This document shows, in pieces, positions 56,451 through 64,000 of a DNA stretch of 64,000 bases. Both the position numbers and the translations under genes were made by a program. The first letter of the stretch is position 1, and each line of letters opens with the position of its first letter. The notes below the pieces were generated by a model, which searched no databases, was not told the DNA's origin, and saw only the letters and a program-made list of their open reading frames with translations. The stretch comes from Blastocladiella emersonii ATCC 22665 (Eukaryota > Fungi > Blastocladiomycota). The stretch lies in assembly GCA_025594325.1 (NCBI GenBank), contig JANHCV010000001.1, forward strand, positions 3,658,001 to 3,722,000. Reading direction: 5' to 3'.

Positions 56451-59211
56451 TCAGTAGTCGTCGTCGCCGCCGCCGTTCCCGCCGCCGCCCGCGTTGCTGT
56501 TGATCTGCTGGCTGCGGTACATGTCGGCGACCTGGTCGGCGGACGTGGCGTCTTCGGGGCCCTTGTCGTCGCGGACGCGGATGAACCGCGGGAACCGCAG
56601 CGAGATGCCCTTGTTCGGGTCGACGAGCCCGACGCCCGCCTGGTACACGGGCGAGATCGAGAGGTCGGCCGTCTTGACCTCCCACACCTGGACCGGGTCG
56701 AACCACACGTCGGCTTTCGCGTCGCCGAGCCGGTAGTACTGCTTGGGTTCCGGGATGACGTGCAGGCGCAGGGCCTCGGCGAGCTTGGTCAGGTCCTCCT
56801 CCGAGAAGCCGGTCCCGATCTTGCAGATGGACTGGTACTCCTCGGCGGCCGGGTCGTAGCACGCGAGCAGGAACCCGCCGTACACGCCGGTCCGCTTGCC
56901 CTTGCCCGTGTACCCGCCAATCACCACCAGGTCCAGGCTGTCGCCGACGCCGTCCAGATAGTCCTTCTTGACCTTGAGCCAGTTGCGAGACCGCTTCGAC
57001 GGCTCGTACGACGACTCGTCGACCAGCGTCTTGACCATCAGGCCCTCGCAGTTGCCGACAATCGACTCGTCGAGGAACGTCTGGATGTCGTCGACCGTGT
57101 TGCTCTCCATGGACTTGGCAAAGTTGAACTCGCCCGCCACCTCGACGAAGTGCGAGTGAAGCAGCTCGCGCCGCTCTTTGAGCGTGTGCCGGAGCAGCGA
57201 CTAGACGCACGGGAGCGATGGCGTTAGCGATTCCGTCGGACTCGTGCGAGCCGTTCCAAAACGCACCTCGCCGTTGAGGTACAGCAGATCGAACACGTAA
57301 ATGCAGACCTGGACCTTGATATCGGCCTCGGTCACGTCCTACAGGTGGTCCGCGTCAGTCATTTCGCGTCGCGTTCTCGAATCGGTACACGCGCGCGTAC
57401 CTTGCGTTTGCGCGTGCTGAGGACCTGGAACGGCAGGATGCACTCCTTCTCGCGGTCCCACGCCACGGCCTCGCAGTCGAGCACGAACGAGGTGGTGGTT
57501 GGCCCGCACGCGCGCTGCAGCCGCGCCATGACCTCGGGGTACTTTGGGCTGAGGTCCTCGGAGTTGCGGCTGAAGATGTGGCTCTTGCCCGACTCGAGCT
57601 TGTGGATCTACGAACACGAGTGCGGGGGCGATGAGCTTTCGCTCCGAATGCAGGAAACCGGCTCGCGTACCTGCGCGCGCTCGCCATCGTACTTGTACTC
57701 GCACGTGAACGACTTGTCCTCGAACCGGTCGAGCACCTCGCTGATGGCCTTGGTCGGGTGGGCGAGCATGGGCTTGAGCGGGATGCCCGGCGTCAGGTGG
57801 CAGTGCTCTGGCAGGTCGGCGAGCGGGTACTCGAGGAGCGCCGGGATGATCTTGTCGTAGCACGGCAGCTCGCTGTACACGGCCTTGAGCGTCTCCTCGC
57901 CCTCCTTGAGCTCCACGTCGGACGGCTTCTTCGTGCGCGCGTACATGAAGGCCTGTGCGAGCGCGACGAGCACGGTGCGCTCGGCGAGGCCGATCCGGAG
58001 CTTGCCCTGCAGCGACCTAGGACGGTTCGGAGGAAGAAGTGTCAGAATGGTCGAGGCAGGCGGCGAGTCGATCGCGCGAGTTTGTACCGGATCAGGTACT
58101 TGGCCTCGCTTCCGCGGCACGACACCATGAGCGACTTGATCTTGTCGATCTTGATCTTTTGACTCTACAGACATGCGAACAGGCGAAGCGAGTCAGTAGC
58201 AAGTCGGGGAGCGAGCCGCGCGTGGTGATACGAACCGATCCGCCCGAGATGTTGGCAATCTCCTTGAGCGTCTTGAACACGCGCTGGACGAGCAGCGGCT
58301 TGGGCTGGAACATGGTCTTCTGGGTGCCGCGACTGGCCTGCGCGACCTCGCCGAGGTCGCCCGTCTTGGCGAAATCGTCCTTGATGGCCTGCAGCTTGCG
58401 GCCCGTCGACTCGGCAATGGCCTTCATGAGGATGCTCTCGCCGATACCGAGCTCGAGGCCCTCGTACTCGGGGCACAGCCGGTTGATGCACAGGTACAGC
58501 GTCTGCAGCAGGTCGGCGGGGCTCTCGCGGATGACGCGCAGCAGGAACTTGGCGACGATCGCCGCAATTTCGAGCCGTTTGGTCGTCTGGCTCACCTCGT
58601 CGAACATGTCGCAGATGTCGGCGTACAGGCGACTAGACACAGGTACGCAAGCGGGGTCAGCGCGAGCACGATCTACGGGAGAGAGAACTTGCGCAATACG
58701 GACGGTTCGCTCGTCTCCTTCATGAGGCTCGTCTCCGATGCTGCAGCAGCGGCCTCGTCGTCGTCCTCGCCTTCTGCTTCTTCGGCGGCGGACGCGGGGG
58801 TCGCGTCGACGTCCATGGAGGCCGTCGGCGTAGCGGCAACAGACTCGTCCTCGTCGCTGTCGTCATCGATGACGCGGCGGCGCTTCGACTGGACGGGCGT
58901 GTCGGAGTCCTCGTCCTTGCCGTGGGCGCGTTTCGCGGGCGCAGGCGTGGGCGCGGGCACGGGCAATCCCGCCGGCTCCGTGGGCGTCGTCGCAGGGCTC
59001 GCTTCGGCGGATGCGGACCCAGAGGCCGGCTCGGGCGGCGTAGGTGCGTCCTTCTTCTCGGCCTTCTTGGCCCACATGGCGAACAGGGTGCCCTTGCCGG
59101 GCGGACCACCGGCCGCGGGACTAGCAAGTCGTCGCCCGCGTTCGTGAGTTTGGCGATGCATAGTTTGGGTTTCATGGGGCGCGTTGCATACGGTGTCTTC
59201 TTTGGCGGCAT
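56451..59211 (-). CDS. CDC9: DNA ligase I (ATP-dependent), multi-exon
   Basis: [59 protein letters not shown] (KxDG), [38 protein letters not shown]; first exon 59211-59192 splices to 59120. Confidence 0.95.
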
Positions 59212-59439
59212 GGTGGTTATCGTTCCAAGAGGGGAGGAAGGTCAGCGGCCGCAAAGTCGGCGAGCGAGCGAACCGCGGCTGTCTCCGGTGAGTCACGCGG
59301 ACATGGCCCGACGCGTCTCCAACGGCGCGACGCGTCGCGATTGTGTCTCGCGGCGCCCGGCCATGGCGTTGCTATGGCGAATCGAACGATGTACCGCGTC
59401 CCAGAGTCGCTCCGGGATCATGCATCTCTATGAAAACTC
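59212..59439. promoter_or_regulatory. Divergent promoter of DNA ligase I and the BTB-LRR gene, with MCB-like ACGCGT elements
   Basis: 228-bp gap between head-to-head ATGs; ACGCGT at 59311-59316 and inside the palindrome CGCGACGCGTCGCG at 59326-59339. Yeast CDC9 is a classic MCB-regulated gene; function here is inferred. Confidence 0.5.
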
Positions 59440-62001
59440 ATGGACATTGACGCGCACCGACTTCCCGCTGTGCCGGGCCCAAGCCCGCTCGCGGCTGCCT
59501 ACAAGGTGAAGGGTGCCCTTGCTGCCCATCCGACACCCTCTCGAAACGGCTTGGCTCGAGACTCCGGAGCGCACCTTGTCGCGAAACGTCATACCGCACC
59601 TGCACCGTTGGTCGCCGCGCCGGGTGGCCGGCACTTTCACTGGTCGAGCGCGGTCCCGGCGTTTATGCAGCGCCAGAAAGCGACAGCACGATCTACGCCA
59701 CCAACATCGATCACGTCGCTCGTGCATGCTGGCGAACCCGCTTCGCCTGCACGAGCATCGCCTGCATCACCCACGCCAAGCGGAGCGACGCGGCTTTCAC
59801 CCGTTCGACGATTTCACTCACTTCCTGATGTCGATGAATGTACGGCGCCGCCACGACCGATACCAAGAGCGCACCGCTCGCTCGAGGGCGCGTTCGAGCC
59901 CGTCATCCCGCCCGTCTCGACCATTGCGACGGCCACATCTGCGAAGCCCGCAATCCTCGCTGCCCTTCAACCCGGATCACGGCTCGCCGTCCTACTCCAA
60001 CCCTCGCGCCCACCCGAGCGACCGATCGTGCGTGTTGCGAAACGAACGCTCTACGTTGGTCCCGAGCGAGCCGAGTTCGTGGTCCCCGAGGCCGCACTGA
60101 CGGCAAACTCGCGGATGCTCGCGCACTGGTTCAGCACCGCGGCCAAGGGCGGGTTCCGCGAGGCCCAGTCACAAACGTGGTCGCTACCCTCCATCTCGCC
60201 GCCCGTCTTTGCTGCGCTCGTCGAGCACCTGCTTCTCCCGCACGGCAGCACGGCGTGGTCGCCGCCACTCGAGCACGTTCTCGAAATCGCTGTCGCGGGG
60301 TTGTACCTCGACCTGCCGCGCGCCGTCGACGCGTGCCTCGACCTCGTGACGCCGCACATTCTCGACATTGACGAGTTTGGCGGACTGCCTGCCGCCATGA
60401 TCCGCGCGCTCATCCGCCGCACTGACGTCGTCGGACTCGTCCACGCCGAGGCGCTGATTCGCAGCGACCCGGACCTCCGCGGCCGTCACGACGCGCATGT
60501 GCGCTCGGCGTGGCTCGACCATCTCGCTCGGATCCCCGAATATGACCTGTGGCGCTATACCTCGACTGCCTTCACCGATGCGGGCGAGGCATCTGAGGCG
60601 GCTGCAGCGGTAGTGTCATCCTCGACCTCGTCGCTTCGCCGTCGCGTACTTGCACATACGCCGCTTCCGCCGCGCAATCCAGACGTTTTCGGTGCCGCGA
60701 CCCGGGACCGCGACATTGAAGCCGTCCAGCTTCCTAAAACGGTCACCGACGACGACCTGCGATGGATCGCGCGGTGGGCGAAACGCGGCGCGCGCAAGCT
60801 TCACCTGCGGCTCACGCGGTCCGTGTGGCCGCCACCACTCGTCACGCCGTTCCTCTCATCGGGCAAGGCGGCGCACTCTCGCGCGGCCAAGCCGGCATCC
60901 ACCGAGCCGGTCGACGAGTCAGGAGCGGCTGAGACGAAATCTGAATCCGTGCCGGCCGCGGAACAGTCGCTCGTCCATCTCGTTGCGGGCGAGGACGTGG
61001 TCTGGCAGGTCTCGAGTGCCTCGAGCTTCGCTACCCTACCCATTGTCGAGCTTACCCTCGACTCGGTACCATCGCTCGACCTTCATGCACTCTTCAACTG
61101 GGTGCGCGACCACGGTGCGGGCGTCCGCCGGCTCGCGATCCACCGGCTCGCGATCCACCGGTCTCTGGCCACGCTGAGCGCGCTGGCCACGGCAGTCGCT
61201 GGGTGTCCAGCCACCGTCGCCGAGCTCGATCTCGCAGAAAACCTCGCCGCGTCGCAGCAGCCTCCCTCGGGCGATCCGCGCCGCGACACGAACCGCCTCC
61301 TCCGCGATGTCCGTGGCCTCGGGCACACGGCGCTACGGCTCGCGGGCAACGGGCTTCTGCCGGTGACCCTGCTCGCGCTCCTGGCCGCGCTGCCGTCGAG
61401 TTCCACGACCGCGCTCCTGCTCGATGGACTGCACCTCGGCCCGATCCTCGACCCAGCGGCCACGTTCACTGTTCCGTGGCCGAATCTGGCTCGCGTGGAT
61501 GTCGCGAACAACGGTCTCGTAGCGCGCACGCTCGTTGAGCTGATCACGGCGCTCGCCGAGTGTGGCGGAAACTCGATTCGCCGTCTTGAGCTCGGCGGGA
61601 ACCACGTCACGAGCGCCGTCGTGGCCGCGCTTGCTGCGTCGCTGCCGCGGTTTCCGGTGCTGCGCCAGCTCGGACTCGATGGCCAGGGCGGAGCCGAAGC
61701 TCCTGCAGCGCCGGCAGTCGCGGTGGATGCGTGGGTGGAGCTGTTCGAGGCCATGGCCGCTGTTCCCATGGTGACGGCCAGCGGCTGGACACTCGGACTC
61801 AGGCGACACGCCGCGTTTGCGTCTACCACGGTGAACTCGGCTCTGGAAACGCTCGAAGCCCTGGTACGTGCGCGACCGGCTGTTCTCATCCTCGACGCGC
61901 CGCTTGTGCGACCGGATCGGTGGCGACACGTCGTGGGCGGCGTGCGCGAACACGCTGTAGTGGTGTGGTCGCACCCGATTGTTTCGAATCGAGTATCATA
62001 A
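59440..62001 (+). CDS. BTB/POZ plus RI-like leucine-rich-repeat protein (853 aa)
   Basis: BTB: LYVGPERAEFVVPEAALTANS...FREAQ...LPSISPPVFAALVEHL...AGLYLDLPRAVDAC. LRRs: VAELDLAEN, ALRLAGNGL, LARVDVANNGL, IRRLELGGNHV, LRQLGLDGQ. Confidence 0.75.
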   Translation: MDIDAHRLPAVPGPSPLAAAYKVKGALAAHPTPSRNGLARDSGAHLVAKRHTAPAPLVAAPGGRHFHWSSAVPAFMQRQKATARSTPPTSITSLVHAGEPASPARASPASPTPSGATRLSPVRRFHSLPDVDECTAPPRPIPRAHRSLEGAFEPVIPPVSTIATATSAKPAILAALQPGSRLAVLLQPSRPPERPIVRVAKRTLYVGPERAEFVVPEAALTANSRMLAHWFSTAAKGGFREAQSQTWSLPSISPPVFAALVEHLLLPHGSTAWSPPLEHVLEIAVAGLYLDLPRAVDACLDLVTPHILDIDEFGGLPAAMIRALIRRTDVVGLVHAEALIRSDPDLRGRHDAHVRSAWLDHLARIPEYDLWRYTSTAFTDAGEASEAAAAVVSSSTSSLRRRVLAHTPLPPRNPDVFGAATRDRDIEAVQLPKTVTDDDLRWIARWAKRGARKLHLRLTRSVWPPPLVTPFLSSGKAAHSRAAKPASTEPVDESGAAETKSESVPAAEQSLVHLVAGEDVVWQVSSASSFATLPIVELTLDSVPSLDLHALFNWVRDHGAGVRRLAIHRLAIHRSLATLSALATAVAGCPATVAELDLAENLAASQQPPSGDPRRDTNRLLRDVRGLGHTALRLAGNGLLPVTLLALLAALPSSSTTALLLDGLHLGPILDPAATFTVPWPNLARVDVANNGLVARTLVELITALAECGGNSIRRLELGGNHVTSAVVAALAASLPRFPVLRQLGLDGQGGAEAPAAPAVAVDAWVELFEAMAAVPMVTASGWTLGLRRHAAFASTTVNSALETLEALVRARPAVLILDAPLVRPDRWRHVVGGVREHAVVVWSHPIVSNRVS

Positions 62002-62200
62002 TCCATAAAATGTATTTTTTTTTCTTGCGAAATAGATATATTGTGCGCGGAAGAGGAGCTTTGAGGGGAGAAATACGCTCGGAAGGCACGAGTGAGCCGA
62101 TGGCACATTTGATCCGGACACGAGTTTTGGATATATTATACATGGGGAGCAGCGTCAGCCGAGCAAACGCCGGGGTGCTGGCGCATCACGAAATTCGTTT

Positions 62201-62295
62201 CAGGCTTGCAGGCGCTCACCCCGTTTTGCAGGCAGCTCCCCACAGCTTTGCAGGCACCCCCGCCGCTTTGCAGGCACCCCCGCCGCTTTGCAGGC
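62201..62295. repeat. Minisatellite of ~20-nt units (CAGGCACCCCCGCCGCTTTG), about 4.5 copies
   Basis: Two identical units at 62251-62290, degenerate units at 62209-62228 and 62229-62250, and a conserved TTTGCAGGC junction. Confidence 0.85.
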
Positions 62296-64000
62296 CGCCG
62301 CGCTCCTTTGAGAGCTTCCCCGCCGCTTCGCAGCCAAGGGCCGCCGGCTGCAGACCACCTCCCCACCACCCTGCCCCTCGAACCCCCGCTCCCCGATCCC
62401 TCCGCATCACACACAGCGCCCTAACGCGAATTTATCGTCATGTAACCACTGCAACAACTTGAAGCTTTGACTGAGCGCGCTCCCGAGAGGCTCCGACCCG
62501 TCACGCCTCGCCTCATCGTGTCGCACTGAGCAGGACGGCGGCGGCGTCGAGCCAGGCGCCAACACTGGCCCTGCCCTGCGTCCTACCCGCGCGCGAGCAG
62601 TCCTTCGCGACCCGCTCAGCCGCGCAGCCCGGCGCGCAGCCCCGCGCGAGACCGCCGCCCTGGCCAACGCGGGCGCCCCGTGCGGCGTGCGGCACGGCCT
62701 TGAGCACGCTGTTCGCGGCGGCACCGCATGCAACGTTGCCGTGGCCCTGGCGGGCGCCGCCAACCTCGCCCCGAACAGCGTCCGATCGCTCACGATCGAC
62801 GCTCTCGGCCCCGGGCTCCCCGCGCTCAGCGTGCGAGCCCGACGGCTTGCCCGATCAAGGAGCGGCGCATCGCGGGCCGAGACGGCGCGCAGTTGGGGCG
62901 CGGCTGTTCGCGACCCGCGCTCGCTCGCCACCGCGACGGTGAGCAGCTGAGAGGAGCGCCGGGCGCACGGCTGGAACGTGACGGAGCGGAGGCGGCGCGT
63001 AGCGCAGGGCGAGGTCAGCTCGAGCGGACCGACACAGAGAGGAGCGGCCGGGCCGGGCTTGCAGCAGCAGTGCGGGCGCGCACTCGCGCCGACGCCAAGT
63101 CCCGAAAAGCACAGGGAGCGGGCGTGCTCGAAGTGACAGGCGCGTCACGTTTTGTGGCCTCCGCCCTTCGGCGATCACCGCGGCTTGGCGGCGGGCAAGC
63201 CACCCAGCCGCCAAACAAAGGGCGAGCGCCACCGCCCGCCCCGGCTCTCTCCCCCGCCCGCCGCCCCCTCCTCACCACAACCACACGCACCAACGACATG
63301 CTTGGCAACACCGACGCCGCCGCGCGGCCCACGCTGCACCGGCGCGCGCCGTGAACCTCAGCCTGCCTCTGGTCCGCCGCCGCCGCCGCCTCGCTCGCTT
63401 CTCGCTCGCCCCTTACCCGCCTCCCTCCACCATCATGTTTGCAACCTCCCAGCCACCGCAGTACCCTCGCTCCCTTCGCCAAACCGTCGCTCCCCGAATC
63501 CTCACGGCCGCCGCCGCTCCCCTTCGCCGCGACACTCTCGCTCTGCGCTACCCGTTCCACTCGTCACGGCTCGATCTCCCTCGACTACGCTGTCTGCGCA
63601 CCTACTTGGTGCTCCGCTGACGCTGGTTGATGCCGCCCTCGCCGTCGCCCTCGCCGTCGCCAACTCGTTCGTCGCCCCGTCCCAACGAGCGGCGATCCTG
63701 ACCCGTCTCGCATCGTCTCGCTGTGTAGTGCCCGCACGAACCTCGCTCACCAAGCTCAGCCACCGTCATCGCGCCCACCCGTCGGCCTCCTTCAAGTCGG
63801 CCTCCTTCAAGTCGACTAGTTGGGCTCGCACGCGGCCGCCGTCCGGTCCTCCTCGCCGCCGCCGCCCGCCGCCGAGTCCCGGCCCGACCACCGTGTCCCG
63901 GTCGATCCCTCTCACGCCAACGGTCTGCACACCACTCACCAAGTCTCCCACGCGGCTCGTCACTGACTCGTCGCGCCCCGCCTGCACCGTGTAGTCGGCT

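Noticed and set aside
62201-62295. CRISPR-like reading of the tandem repeat
   Set aside because: Units are contiguous with no unique spacers, the context is eukaryotic, and there are no cas genes.
62407-63994. ORFs 62407-62931(-), 62728-63354(+), 63015-63560(-) and 63152-63994(+), and the 15-nt duplication GTCGGCCTCCTTCAA x2 at about 63781-63810
   Set aside because: Low-complexity Arg/Pro/Ala translations without domains or good start context; more consistent with UTR or promoter sequence of a gene beyond the window.
1-64000. tRNA, rRNA or other structured ncRNA genes
   Set aside because: No cloverleaf with a T-loop motif or rRNA-like sequence was recognised by eye; a tRNAscan-SE or Infernal run would be needed to exclude them.

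Overview
Compact, very GC-rich eukaryotic DNA with short (about 55-85 nt) GT-AG introns. Flagellar genes (outer-arm dynein heavy chain, IFT74) sit alongside fungal markers (Chs7 chitin synthase chaperone, Aco2-type aconitase), which points to a zoosporic fungus; Blastocladiomycota-like is an inference only. About 20 protein genes are supported: two LEA_2-like type II membrane proteins, ACO2-like aconitase, NXT1, CHS7, a large CH-DH-PH-Sec7 GEF, APC4, a ~4,600-aa axonemal dynein beta-type heavy chain, UTP20, a motor-less dynein-tail-like protein, a MARVEL-like protein, ACMSD, IFT74, SDHAF1/SDH6, IDH1, an SREK1/SRSF11-like SR protein, a stand-alone retrotransposon Gag-capsid-like gene, DNA ligase I and a BTB-LRR protein. 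No rRNA, tRNA, CRISPR array or intact mobile element was recognised. There are three leading candidates for novelty. (1) A lone, host-codon-adapted Ty3/gypsy Gag capsid-like gene with an RGG tail and no pol or LTRs, a possible domesticated Arc/PEG10-like capsid. (2) A 1,343-aa inner-arm dynein heavy-chain tail homologue with no AAA motor. (3) A Rho/Arf dual-GEF in which a Sec7 domain with a Glu-finger-to-Asp change is inserted inside a split PH domain; it also has a myosin-converter-like N-terminus and lies next to CHS7. All homology calls come from motif recognition by eye; no searches were run.
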